A stretch of DNA of 64,000 nt from an uncultured Bacteroidales bacterium. Its GTDB lineage: Bacteria > Bacteroidota > Bacteroidia > Bacteroidales > JAADJA01. A model generated the notes under the pieces. The model saw nothing but the letters and a program-made list of their open reading frames with translations. It ran no database searches and was not told the DNA's origin. The stretch spans positions 580,253 to 644,252 of the forward strand of contig CAWJBC010000002.1 of the NCBI GenBank assembly GCA_963840975.1. Direction: 5' to 3'. This document shows positions 43,839-52,958 of the stretch, one piece after another. Each line of letters starts with the position of its first letter. Within the stretch, counting starts at the first letter, position 1. Both the position numbers and the translations under genes were made by a program.

Positions 43839-44891
43839 ATGAAGATTTTAGTAACAGGTGCTGCCGGATTTATTGGATTTCACCTCGTTAAAAAGCTGGT
43901 AACGGAAAACCATGAAATTGTTGGGCTGGATTGCATTAACGAGTATTATGATGTTAACCTCAAATATGGACGGCTCGCCGAATCAGGAATTAGTAAACAA
44001 GATATCTCCGGTAATAAGTTGCTGAAAAGTTCAACGTTCAACAATTACCGGTTTATTCAATTGGGGCTGGAAGACCGGGAGCAGCTTTACCGGTTATTCG
44101 AAACCGAAAAATTCGATAAGGTGATCAATCTTGCAGCACAGGCTGGCGTAAGATATTCGCTCGAAAATCCGCACTCCTACATTGATAGTAACATTTATGG
44201 ATTTTTGAATATCCTTGAAGCTTGCCGTCATTATGGCGTACAACATCTGATCTACGCCAGTAGTTCGAGTGTTTATGGGCTGAATGAAAAAATGCCGTTT
44301 TCAGCTCAGCACAATGTTGATCATCCCATCAGCATCTATGCGGCAACTAAAAAAAGCAATGAACTGATGGCACACTCCTACAGTTACCTTTTTAATCTTC
44401 CCACCACCGGTCTTCGATTCTTTACTGTTTACGGTCCCTGGGGAAGACCTGATATGGCGTTGTTTTTGTTTACCAGTGCGATTCTCCGTAATGAGCCTAT
44501 CAATCTTTTCAATAACGGCGATATGCTCCGCGATTTTACTTATGTGGACGATATAGTGAACGGTATTGACCGGATAAAAGACAAAACACCATCACCTGAT
44601 ACCAATTGGTCGGGAAATGAGCCGGATCCTTCAAAGTCAAAGGCTCCTTACCAGATTTATAACATCGGCAATAACCATCCTGTGAAATTGTTGGATTTTA
44701 TCGGGGCGCTCGAAAAAACACTGGGACAAAAAGCCATTAAAAATATGATGCCGATGCAGCCCGGCGATGTGCCTGCAACTTTTGCCGATGTTTCAGGATT
44801 GGTTAACGATTTTGATTATAAACCGGATACCGACTACCAGGAAGGTATCCGCAGGTTTGTAAAATGGTATCGCAACTTTTATAACATTTAA
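43839..44891 (+). CDS. NAD-dependent nucleotide-sugar epimerase (UDP-glucuronate 4-epimerase-like)
   Basis: '[14 protein letters not shown]', 'YAATKK' (YxxxK) and '[15 protein letters not shown]' are typical of the CapI/LpsL group. Confidence 0.8.
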   Translation: MKILVTGAAGFIGFHLVKKLVTENHEIVGLDCINEYYDVNLKYGRLAESGISKQDISGNKLLKSSTFNNYRFIQLGLEDREQLYRLFETEKFDKVINLAAQAGVRYSLENPHSYIDSNIYGFLNILEACRHYGVQHLIYASSSSVYGLNEKMPFSAQHNVDHPISIYAATKKSNELMAHSYSYLFNLPTTGLRFFTVYGPWGRPDMALFLFTSAILRNEPINLFNNGDMLRDFTYVDDIVNGIDRIKDKTPSPDTNWSGNEPDPSKSKAPYQIYNIGNNHPVKLLDFIGALEKTLGQKAIKNMMPMQPGDVPATFADVSGLVNDFDYKPDTDYQEGIRRFVKWYRNFYNI

Positions 44892-44899
44892 AACCGTCA

Positions 44900-45430
44900 A
44901 TGAATCTGATCGAAGAGAATACCTGGTATGCGGTTTATACCAGGCCGAGAAATGAAAAAAAGGTTTATGCCGCTTTGGATGCCGAAGGAATCCAGGTCTT
45001 TCTTCCTTTAATAAAAAACCTGAAACAATGGAGCGACCGAAAAAAATGGGTGGAGGAACCCTTGTTCCGTTCTTATCTTTTTGTTCATATTCCTCCAAAT
45101 CAATATTATAAAGTTTTGAATGTATTTGGCGTTGTGCGCTACATTACCTTCGAAGGAAAAGCTGTTGCGGTGCCACCCCAGCAAATTCTGGCAATAAAAC
45201 AATACATCAACGACGGAGAGATATTGCAGGAAGGTGAAAAGAATTTCGCAGCCGGAGATAAAGTCGAAATCTTCCGTGGCGCTTTAAAAGGTTTGACCGG
45301 AAATTTGATAAAGATTCAGGGAAAACAAAAGGTGAAAATCGAAATTGAATCCATCGGACACAGTATCACCATTACCATTCCTCCATCTTATCTCAGGACA
45401 ATACAAAAACCGGTAAGGAAAAATAATTGA
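44900..45430 (+). CDS. UpxY-family (NusG/RfaH-like) transcription antiterminator
   Basis: 'WYAVYTRPRNEKKV' NGN domain and a C-terminal KOW 'GDKVEIFRGALKGLTGNLIKI'. Confidence 0.8.
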   Translation: MNLIEENTWYAVYTRPRNEKKVYAALDAEGIQVFLPLIKNLKQWSDRKKWVEEPLFRSYLFVHIPPNQYYKVLNVFGVVRYITFEGKAVAVPPQQILAIKQYINDGEILQEGEKNFAAGDKVEIFRGALKGLTGNLIKIQGKQKVKIEIESIGHSITITIPPSYLRTIQKPVRKNN

Positions 45431-45449
45431 AAAATAATTCAAAAAATAC

Positions 45450-45478
45450 TTGACTTTTTAAAATATTGAGTAACTTTG
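45450..45478 (+). promoter_or_regulatory. Candidate promoter (-33 TTGA, 18-nt spacer, -7 TAACTTTG)
   Basis: TTG at 45450-52 and TAnnTTTG at 45471-78. A leader of about 150 nt follows, containing the palindrome gaaccggttc. Confidence 0.4.
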
Positions 45479-45625
45479 TTACTCGTTTTTGTGTAAAAAA
45501 TTATTTCTTTTAACATTTTAAACAAAGAGATAAGCATAAATTAAACAGTCATTTTGTGACTGACCGGGCGAAGCTGTATCAGTGAGATAAGATGAACCGG
45601 TTCATTCAAATTGGGATTTTCCCTC

Positions 45626-46165
45626 ATGCTCGACACACTTATTACTTCCAAAACACGCATCAAATTGTTGTTAAAATTTTTCCTGAACAGCAATTCGAGG
45701 TCTTATTTGCGCAACCTTGAGACGGAGTTTGGCGAATCCACCAATTCCATCAGGCTCGAACTGAACAAGTTTGAGCAGTCGGGCTTGCTGAAATCGGAGA
45801 TAGATGGAAACAGGAAGTATTTCATGGCCAATACCGAGCATCCGCTTTTCAAAGATATACACAGCATTTTGCTCAAGCAGATAGGGTTTGATAAGATCAT
45901 CGAAAGGGTCATCGAAAAGCTCGGCAACCTCGAAAAAGTTTTTGTGGCGGGTGATTTTGCCCATGGAATTGATAACCACATCATTGATCTTATCTTCATC
46001 GGCGACAACATCAACAAAGAATACCTGGTAAAGCTGGTCGAAAAGACCGAAAGCTTTATCAACCGTAAGATCAGGTACCTGGTTTATGGAAAAGAAGAGG
46101 CATTGTCGTTTCTGAAAACCCAGAACGATGAAGATTTGCTGATCCTCTGGAAAAACGAGAATTAA
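45626..46165 (+). CDS. Winged-helix (ArsR-like) DNA-binding protein with degenerate nucleotidyltransferase-like C-terminal half
   Basis: 'SKTRIKLLLKFFLN..SRSYLRNLE.EFGESTNSIRLELNKFEQSGLL' is wHTH-like. 'VFVAGDFAHG...IDLIFIGD' resembles a minimal NTase fold. Confidence 0.55.
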   Translation: MLDTLITSKTRIKLLLKFFLNSNSRSYLRNLETEFGESTNSIRLELNKFEQSGLLKSEIDGNRKYFMANTEHPLFKDIHSILLKQIGFDKIIERVIEKLGNLEKVFVAGDFAHGIDNHIIDLIFIGDNINKEYLVKLVEKTESFINRKIRYLVYGKEEALSFLKTQNDEDLLILWKNEN

Positions 46166-46202
46166 CTTACAATTATAGTATTGAAATGATTATCTTTGTG
46201 TT

Positions 46203-46622
46203 ATGCGAATTAATGATACACAAATACAACAATTAACCAGCGATTTAAAATCTAAATTTCCTGAAATATCATTTGCCTATCTTTTTGGTTCGGCCTCCGA
46301 TAAAGATATTGATCAACCATCCGACATTGATATGGCGGTTTATTTAAATTGGAAATCTCCTTCAACGAAATTAATTGCAGATATTATCGGCACCACCGAA
46401 CAAATATTTCCCGGCTTAAAATGCGATTTGACCATCCTGAATAATGCCGGATGTTTGATTGCCATGGAAGCGCTTAAAGGAAAAATATTATTTATCAGGG
46501 AAGAAGCAAGACCCATTCATGCAGATTTTTATTCATATACCTGCAGAACTTTTGAAGACGAAACAGCATGGATGAAAAAGCAGCTCCAATATCGCGGATA
46601 TGAAGTACAATGGAGTAATTGA
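46203..46622 (+). CDS. Minimal nucleotidyltransferase (MNT-type antitoxin-like)
   Basis: 'LFGSASDKDIDQPSDIDMAV' GS-x(n)-DxD Pol-beta NTase motif. About 140 aa. Confidence 0.7.
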   Translation: MRINDTQIQQLTSDLKSKFPEISFAYLFGSASDKDIDQPSDIDMAVYLNWKSPSTKLIADIIGTTEQIFPGLKCDLTILNNAGCLIAMEALKGKILFIREEARPIHADFYSYTCRTFEDETAWMKKQLQYRGYEVQWSN

Positions 46623-46668
46623 GAATAAACTCAGGGTTATTGAGCAAAAACTTGAAGAAATCCGATAA
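46600..46668 (+). pseudogene. Possible remnant (22 codons) of the partner HEPN/DUF86 gene
   Basis: The ORF 'MKYNGVIENKLRVIEQKLEEIR*' overlaps the MNT stop by 23 nt, in the usual MNT-HEPN arrangement, and resembles HepT N-termini. It is truncated by a stop. Confidence 0.3.
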
Positions 46669-46706
46669 TTGAAAAAACCGTCCCTTTTATTTCTTTTGAT
46701 TGCGTA

Positions 46707-47013
46707 ATGGAAAATAAAGCCAACAGCCCCGAAATCAAAGCATTCATCCGCCGCCACAGCTCTCTTTTTTGGTACACGCCCGGAAGACAAAAAGGAAGAT
46801 ATCAGCGAAGAATTTTTGGTGGAAACGATTTTGAATTATGGGGATTTAACATCCGTTAAAGAGTTGTTCTCATTGTTCGGAATGAAAAAGGTTGCTCGGA
46901 TATTTTATAAATCAATCCATCAAAGTAAGCGAAGAAAAGGTAATTACCACGAACTGACCCTGCATTTTTTCTCCTTACTTTTTAAATCCTATGCGATTAG
47001 AAATATTAAGTAA
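46707..47013 (+). pseudogene. Small antitoxin-like protein upstream of the AbiEii-like gene, frame broken once
   Basis: 'MENKANSPEIKAFIRRHSSLFWYTP' continues as 'EDKKEDISEEFLVETILNYGDLTSVKELF...' after a +1 shift near 46779-46783 (ccc/gg runs). It overlaps the next gene by 23 nt. Confidence 0.45.
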
Positions 47014-47605
47014 AACCCAGTCGGAAGTATTACCCTATCTGAAAACATTTAACCGTACTTTTTATTTGGTAGGGGGTACAGCAATTGCTTTTCACCTGGG
47101 ACACCGTCGTTCTATTGATTTTGATTTGTTTTGCCCTTCACCATTAAATAAACATCGGATAAAAAGTAAATTACTGACTATTCCGTTCAAACAAAATATG
47201 ATTTTTGAAGATTTTGACCAGATGCATTTAATGATCAATGAAGTCAAAACAACTTTTTTTAATTACCCTTATCCTGTTGAGCATCCCGTTAAAATCGAAA
47301 ATTATTTGACCATCCCTCAGCTTATTGATCTTGGTGCAATGAAAGCATTTGCCCTTGGGCGAAGAGCAAAATGGAAAGACTATGTGGATTTGTTTTTTAT
47401 TCTTAAAGATCATTCTACAATAGAAGAAATAAGTATTAAGGCCAAATCTATTTTTGGCTCCATTTATAATGAAAAGCTGTTTCGGGAGCAACTGGCTTTT
47501 CATAAAGACATTGACTTTTCTGAACCTGTTGAATTCATGGTTCCAGAGATTTCCGAAAAAGAAATCAAAGATTTTTTAACAGAAAAAGCGATTGATTTTT
47601 TATAG
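46991..47605 (+). CDS. AbiEii/AbiGii-like nucleotidyltransferase (toxin-like)
   Basis: N-terminal 'YLVGGTAIAFHLGHRRSIDFDLF' matches the family motif as I remember it. Family assignment is not verified. Confidence 0.55.
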   Translation: MRLEILSKTQSEVLPYLKTFNRTFYLVGGTAIAFHLGHRRSIDFDLFCPSPLNKHRIKSKLLTIPFKQNMIFEDFDQMHLMINEVKTTFFNYPYPVEHPVKIENYLTIPQLIDLGAMKAFALGRRAKWKDYVDLFFILKDHSTIEEISIKAKSIFGSIYNEKLFREQLAFHKDIDFSEPVEFMVPEISEKEIKDFLTEKAIDFL

Positions 47606-47650
47606 AATCTACCAAACAAGACTTGCAAGATTTTTTATTATTTTTGATCA

Positions 47651-47950
47651 ATGAGATTAACAGAAAAATATAAAACTGCCATTCAGAAATCTGCGGAATG
47701 TATATTTGGAATTGATGTACAGGTATTTCTGTTCGGTTCGCGGACCAATGACCAGTTAAAGGGTGGAGATATTGATCTGCTCATTAAAGCAGAAGGACGA
47801 AAGATGACAGCCCGGAACAAAGTCCTTTTTCTGGTAAATCTAAAAAAACAGTTGGGAGAGCAGAATATAGATGTCGTATATGAAAAGGTTTCTTATCGAA
47901 AGGATTTATTTTTTGAATCTATCCATAATCAGGCAATACGGTTATGCTAA
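47651..47950 (+). CDS. Minimal nucleotidyltransferase (MNT-type antitoxin-like)
   Basis: 'LFGSRTNDQLKGGDIDLLI' GS...DxD motif. 99 aa. It overlaps the next ORF by 7 nt. Confidence 0.7.
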   Translation: MRLTEKYKTAIQKSAECIFGIDVQVFLFGSRTNDQLKGGDIDLLIKAEGRKMTARNKVLFLVNLKKQLGEQNIDVVYEKVSYRKDLFFESIHNQAIRLC

Positions 47951-48423
47951 GTCAGCTATATATAGATAAGCTCAGGGAAACACTCGTAGCTGCACAGTTA
48001 CATCATCAGCGGATGATGTTTGCAGGGAACGAATTGTCACAATTCTTCCCTATGTCCATAGAGAAGTATGAAGAATTAACACCCGAACAAATCAGTTTTA
48101 CTGATCAGTTGATTTATCGTTTTTCAAAATTACAGGATTTGATGGGCCGGAAATTATTTGTGCTGATTATACAAGGATTAGGAGAAGATTCGGAGAGTAT
48201 GCCCTTTATAGATGTCCTTAACAGGCTTGAGAAGCTAAAAATATTAACAGATACTGATCAATGGCTTGAATTACGCGAAACCCGCAACCTTGTTACCCAT
48301 GAATATCCTTACCATCTGGATGAATTTGTTGACGGCCTTAATGCGTTGTACAACCAAAGCCTGAAGCTTTCTGAGATTTGGCTTGGCATTAAGACGTTTG
48401 TTGAAAAAAGGTTTGATCTTTAA
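47944..48423 (+). CDS. HEPN-domain protein (HepT-like toxin partner)
   Basis: Helical 159-aa protein with 'RETRNLVTHEY', an Rx4H HEPN motif near the C-terminal third. It is translationally coupled to the MNT gene. Confidence 0.6.
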   Translation: MLSQLYIDKLRETLVAAQLHHQRMMFAGNELSQFFPMSIEKYEELTPEQISFTDQLIYRFSKLQDLMGRKLFVLIIQGLGEDSESMPFIDVLNRLEKLKILTDTDQWLELRETRNLVTHEYPYHLDEFVDGLNALYNQSLKLSEIWLGIKTFVEKRFDL

Positions 48424-48439
48424 CAAATAAATTTGGTTA

Positions 48440-48503
48440 ACCCCAAAACATTAAACCCCAAACCTGAAACAGACATCGAACATCGAACCTCAAACTTCGA
48501 ACT
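48440..48503 (+). repeat. A/C-rich 'GAAC/AAAC'-periodic tract
   Basis: ccccaaaacattaaaccccaaacctgaaacagacatcgaacatcgaacctcaaacttcgaac, immediately upstream of wbpB. Confidence 0.5.
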
Positions 48504-48506
48504 AAA

Positions 48507-49457
48507 ATGAACAATAAGATTCTCAACTTCGGCCTCATAGGCGCTGCCGGCTACATTGCCCCGCGTCACATGAAAGCCATTAAAGATACAGGAAACAAGC
48601 TGGTTGCAGCCCTCGATCTTTACGACAGCATCGGCATCATTGATTCCTATTTCCCGGAAGCCGATTTTTTTACGGAGCCGGAACGTTTCGACCGTCATTT
48701 GGACAAACTCCGCCGAAGCGGAAAGGATAAAATAGATTACCTGAGCATCTGTTCTCCTAATTATCTGCATGATGCTCATATCCGGATGGCGCTGCGCAAT
48801 GATGCCCATGCCATCTGCGAAAAACCGCTTGTGCTCAATCCCTGGAATGTAGAGGCGCTTGGCGTGATAGAGCAGGAGACAGATAAAAAAATCTTTACCA
48901 TTTTACAGTTGCGTCACCATCCATCCATTATCGCACTGAAAGAAAAGATAAAAAACGGACCGGCAGATAAAACCTATGATGTTGACCTAACCTATATCAC
49001 TTCACGGGGCAACTGGTATTACCGTTCGTGGAAGGGGTATATGGAAAAGAGCGGTGGCATCGCCACTAACATCGGGGTTCACTTCTTTGATATGCTGAGC
49101 TGGATATTCGGCAAATGTTCCGAAAACATTGTGCATGTAGGTGAAAACGACAGGGCGGGAGGTTTTCTTCAGCTCGAAAAAGCGCGTGTCCGCTGGTTCC
49201 TTAGTATAAATTCCGACACCCTTCCCTCTCATGTAAAGGCAAAAGAACAAACCACTTACCGTTCTATTACGATTGACGGAGAAGAAATTGAATTCAGCGG
49301 TGGCTTTACCGATCTGCATACTGCAAGTTACGAGGGAATCATAAAAGGTCAGGGATATGGACTGGAAGAAGCCCGCAATGCTGTGGATATTGTGTTTACC
49401 ATCCGGAATCAAAAACCGGTGAAAGCGACGGGTGAAAAACATCCAATGGTGGAATAG
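48507..49457 (+). CDS. wbpB: Gfo/Idh/MocA oxidoreductase, WbpB-like (UDP-N-acetyl-2-amino-2-deoxy-glucuronate 3-dehydrogenase)
   Basis: 'GLIGAAGYIAPRHMKAIKDTGNKLVAALD..DSIGIIDSYFP...FFTE' and 'YLSICSPNYLH...ICEKPL' closely match the WbpB N-terminal region as I remember it. Confidence 0.8.
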   Translation: MNNKILNFGLIGAAGYIAPRHMKAIKDTGNKLVAALDLYDSIGIIDSYFPEADFFTEPERFDRHLDKLRRSGKDKIDYLSICSPNYLHDAHIRMALRNDAHAICEKPLVLNPWNVEALGVIEQETDKKIFTILQLRHHPSIIALKEKIKNGPADKTYDVDLTYITSRGNWYYRSWKGYMEKSGGIATNIGVHFFDMLSWIFGKCSENIVHVGENDRAGGFLQLEKARVRWFLSINSDTLPSHVKAKEQTTYRSITIDGEEIEFSGGFTDLHTASYEGIIKGQGYGLEEARNAVDIVFTIRNQKPVKATGEKHPMVE

Positions 49458-49558
49458 AGGAAATGACAATTATAGGTGAAACAATTCAGAACATCAAACA
49501 TAGAACTGCGTCTGGCGTTTATTGGCAAATACTGCTGGAGACGATGAGGTTTTGACAG

Positions 49559-50887
49559 ATGAAAGAAAGTCAGAGCATAGAATATAAAGAATCCTGGCGG
49601 GATGAAAACTTAAAGATTATTTGCGCTTTTGCAAATACCCATGGTGGCAGTCTTTTCATTGGTATAAGTGATGATGGTTCAGTTGTAGGAGTGAAAGATA
49701 CAAAAAAACTTTTAGAAGATATTCCAAATAAAGTGATTAATTATCTGGGAATAATTGTTGATGTTCAAACCCATAAAAAATCAGGATTGGAATATATCGA
49801 AGTGAATGTACCACAGAGTAGTGTTCCAATTGGTTATCGGGGAATATATTATGTGAAAAGCGGTAGCACAAAACAAGAATTGAAAGGAGCGGCCCTTCAG
49901 CAATTTATGTTACAAAAGATGGGAAAAACCTTTGACGAACTACCTGCCGATAGTGCTGATTTTAGCTACATTGACGAAAAAGTGGTTGAAAGGTTTTTGA
50001 AAAAAGCGTTGGCTGTTAATCGGATTTCTGCAGGCGCAGAATTTGATGATATTTCTTCCACCCTTTTAAATCTAAAACTGATTAACAAAAACAACAAGAT
50101 AATAAATGCTGCAATACTCCTGTTTGGTTATGATCCACTCAGGTTCTTTGTTACTGCTACCTTTAAGATTGGCCGTTTCGGCAATAGTGATCATGATTTG
50201 AGATTTCAGGATATTATTGAAGGAAATATTTTTGAGATGCCTGACAAAGTGATGGAAATGTTAAGGGCAAAATACTTGATTTCTCCTATTCGTTACGAGG
50301 GATTACAAAGGATTGAAGAGCTTGAATATCCTGAAGTGTCTCTAAGAGAGGCTATTTTAAATGCAATTGTTCATAAAGATTATACGGGTGCTCCTGTTCA
50401 ACTTAGTGTTTATGACGACAGGTTAATTCTTTGGAATGAAGGAAAGCTTCCTTCTGACCTGACAGTACAAATGCTAAAGGAAAAACACCCGTCAAGGCCA
50501 CACAATAAGTATATTGCGGATATATTTTTTAAAGCCGGATACATTGAAACATGGGGGCGGGGTATTGCAAAGATAATGGACGGTTGTAAAAAAGCAGGAC
50601 TGCCCGAACCAACAATTGAAGAAGTGGCTGGAGGAGTTCAAATAACCTTTTTTAAATCCAACGAATTAGATACGGGAAAAAGTAAGGAGAAAAGTAAGGA
50701 GAAAAGTAAGGAGAAAATTATAAAAGCAATCTCTGAAAATCCATATATTTCGATTCTTGAACTGTCAGCAATTACAGGATTGAGCATTAGCGGAGTAGAA
50801 AAAAACATTCGGATTTTAAAAAAACATGGAACTTTATCTCGAATAGGCCCCGCCAAAGGCGGTCACTGGCAAATCATTGAAAAATAA
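49559..50887 (+). CDS. AlbA_2 (Schlafen-like) + HATPase_c_4 + C-terminal wHTH protein, paralogue A1
   Basis: 'ESQSIEYKESW...ICAFANTHGGSLFIGISDDG' (AlbA_2). 'REAILNAIVHKDY...' with '...IETWGRGIAKI' (RecG-C-like HATPase_c_4). wHTH tail '...RIGPAKGGHWQIIEK'. Confidence 0.8.
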   Translation: MKESQSIEYKESWRDENLKIICAFANTHGGSLFIGISDDGSVVGVKDTKKLLEDIPNKVINYLGIIVDVQTHKKSGLEYIEVNVPQSSVPIGYRGIYYVKSGSTKQELKGAALQQFMLQKMGKTFDELPADSADFSYIDEKVVERFLKKALAVNRISAGAEFDDISSTLLNLKLINKNNKIINAAILLFGYDPLRFFVTATFKIGRFGNSDHDLRFQDIIEGNIFEMPDKVMEMLRAKYLISPIRYEGLQRIEELEYPEVSLREAILNAIVHKDYTGAPVQLSVYDDRLILWNEGKLPSDLTVQMLKEKHPSRPHNKYIADIFFKAGYIETWGRGIAKIMDGCKKAGLPEPTIEEVAGGVQITFFKSNELDTGKSKEKSKEKSKEKIIKAISENPYISILELSAITGLSISGVEKNIRILKKHGTLSRIGPAKGGHWQIIEK

Positions 50888-50923
50888 TTGAGCACGGAAC
50901 GAATGATCCCTGAACTGTCAGCC

Positions 50924-51195
50924 GAATTAAGACTGCCTTGCCACAGGCATCCCTTTGGGAAAATTGACTAAAGTTTTGATTGACTAAATTGAAAAAGCCA
51001 GCAGCCAACAGCCAATTGCTAAAAGCTTTTTCAACAGTCAACCCTCAACGGAGAACTGAATTAAGAATGCCTTGCCACAGGCATCCCTTTGGGAAAATTG
51101 ACTAAAGTTTTGATTGACTAAATTGAAATTGCCAACAGCTAACAGCCAATTGCTAAAAGCCTTTCCAACTGTCATCCGTGAACTGAGAACCGGGA
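50924..51195 (+). repeat. 134-bp intergenic repeat, tandem dimer 1 (unit starts 50924 and 51058)
   Basis: Unit: gaattaaga(n)tgccttgccacaggcatccctttgggaaaattgactaaagttttgattgactaaattgaaa..gccaacagc.aacagccaattgctaaaagc... Aligned by eye with the four other copies. Confidence 0.9.
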
Positions 51196-51242
51196 ACAGA
51201 ATTGAATAGTGCCTAAAATTAGTGAAGCATTACTGAACTCAA

Positions 51243-52617
51243 ATGACTGACCAGGAATTATATAACTTAATACAACAAGGTGAAGGTGAAAACCTTGAAT
51301 TTAAAAGCAATTTCAATAGTGAGCTTATTGAGACTTTAGTTGCTTTTGCAAACACAAGAGGAGGAAAGGTTGTTCTGGGTATTAATGATAAGAACAAATT
51401 TACAGGAATTAAGATCAGCTCGGAATCAGTACAAAACTGGATCAATGAAATCAAAAATAAAACATCACCCGCATTGATGCCTGATGTAACAATCATTGAG
51501 TCAGGAGTACAAATAAGTGTTGTCTTTTCCATTCAGGAATATCCGGTTAAGCCTGTTTCAACCCGTGGTAAGTATTATAAACGTATTGCCAATTCAAATC
51601 ATCTGATGAGCCTTGATGAAATTTCAAATGAGCACCTGAGAACAATTAACAGTAGCTGGGATTTTTATCCCGACCCTAATCACGGCATTGAGGCGATATC
51701 CATAAGTAAAGTTAAAAATTTCATCTGGAAGATTGAGCAGCAAACGCAAGCCAAAGTTGAACTTGAACCAATGGCCTTTCTGTCGAAATTCGAAATTATT
51801 CGCGATAAGCAACTAACATTTGGTGGATTTTTACTTTTTGTCAAAGAGTATTGCCTGAACAGCGATATTCAGGTGGGGCGCTTTAAAAGTGAAACCATGA
51901 TCATTGACAGTATTTCATTAAATACCGACTTATTTACCGAAGTGGATGAAATACTTGCTTTTATAAAAAAGCACCTCATGGTTGAGTACATCATCACCAG
52001 CGAACCCCAGCGGACTGAGCGCTTTGATTATCCAATGGATGCCATCCGTGAAATTGTTATCAATATGATCGTGCATAGGGATTATCGCGACAGCAGTCAC
52101 AGCATAATCAAAATATTTGACGAAAGAATCGAATTTTTTAATCCGGGTAAACTTTATGGAAATCTTACTATCGCAGATTTACTTAGTGATAACTATACTT
52201 CCCAAACACGAAATAAACTTGTAGCAAAAGCTTTTAAAGAAACAGGACTAATTGAACGATACGGTTCCGGCATCAGGCGTATAATCAATATCTGTAAAGA
52301 ATATGGGGTCAAACAACCCCTGTTTGAAGAAGTATTTCATGGATTCAAAGTTACTTTATTCAAAAAGAAGATCATGGTCGGAGAAAAGGTCGGAGAAAAG
52401 GTCGGAGAAAAGGTCGGAGAAATTCTTAGTGAAAACCAAAAAATGATTATTAAATTGATTAAGTTAAATAATCATATTTCTGCCCGTGAACTTTCAGATG
52501 GAACTTAATATATCTCAGCGAAAAATTGAAGAAAACATCAGTAAACTAAAGAAAAAAAAAATACTCAAACGGATTGGACCCCCCAAAGGCGGCTTTTGGG
52601 AGATCATCGTCAATTAA
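51243..52617 (+). pseudogene. AlbA_2 + HATPase_c_4 + wHTH protein, paralogue A2, frame broken once near the 3' end
   Basis: 'NLEFKSNF...LVAFANTRGGKVVLGINDKN' and 'REIVINMIVHRDY...IERYGSGIRRI'. The wHTH tail 'ELNISQRKIEENISKLKKKKILKRIGPPKGGFWEIIVN*' is read after a +1 shift at about 52500 (gg). Confidence 0.75.
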
Positions 52618-52668
52618 GCAACCCGAAACCCAGAACACTGAACCCGGAACCGTGAACCCTGAACGAAT
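52618..52668 (+). repeat. A/C-rich 'GAAC'-periodic tract
   Basis: gcaacccgaaacccagaacactgaacccggaaccgtgaaccctgaacgaatg. Confidence 0.5.
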
Positions 52669-52670
52669 GA

Positions 52671-52768
52671 TTTAACCGCGAAAAACCGCAAATTAACCGC
52701 GAATTTTACGAATTACACGCCGATTGGCGCTAATTGGCGATAGATCTGCGCAATCAGCGGTGAAAAAA
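52671..52768 (+). repeat. About 95-nt intergenic repeat, family 2, copy a
   Basis: tttaaccgcgaaaaaccgcaaattaaccgcgaattttacgaattacacgc... aligns with 54630-54725 with scattered mismatches. Confidence 0.7.
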
Positions 52769-52958
52769 CCTTTAAAATCATACAAAAGATTCTATGTAGA
52801 ACCTCAAACCCCGAACTTCAAACTTCAATCTTACCACGAATACCCAATGTTCTGATTGACTTAGTTGAAATCAAACCCGAAACGCTAAACAAAATATTAA
52901 TAACCTTTGACATCTGATGCATTCCTATTGAGAATTTCCGGATTCCCGGTATTAACAA

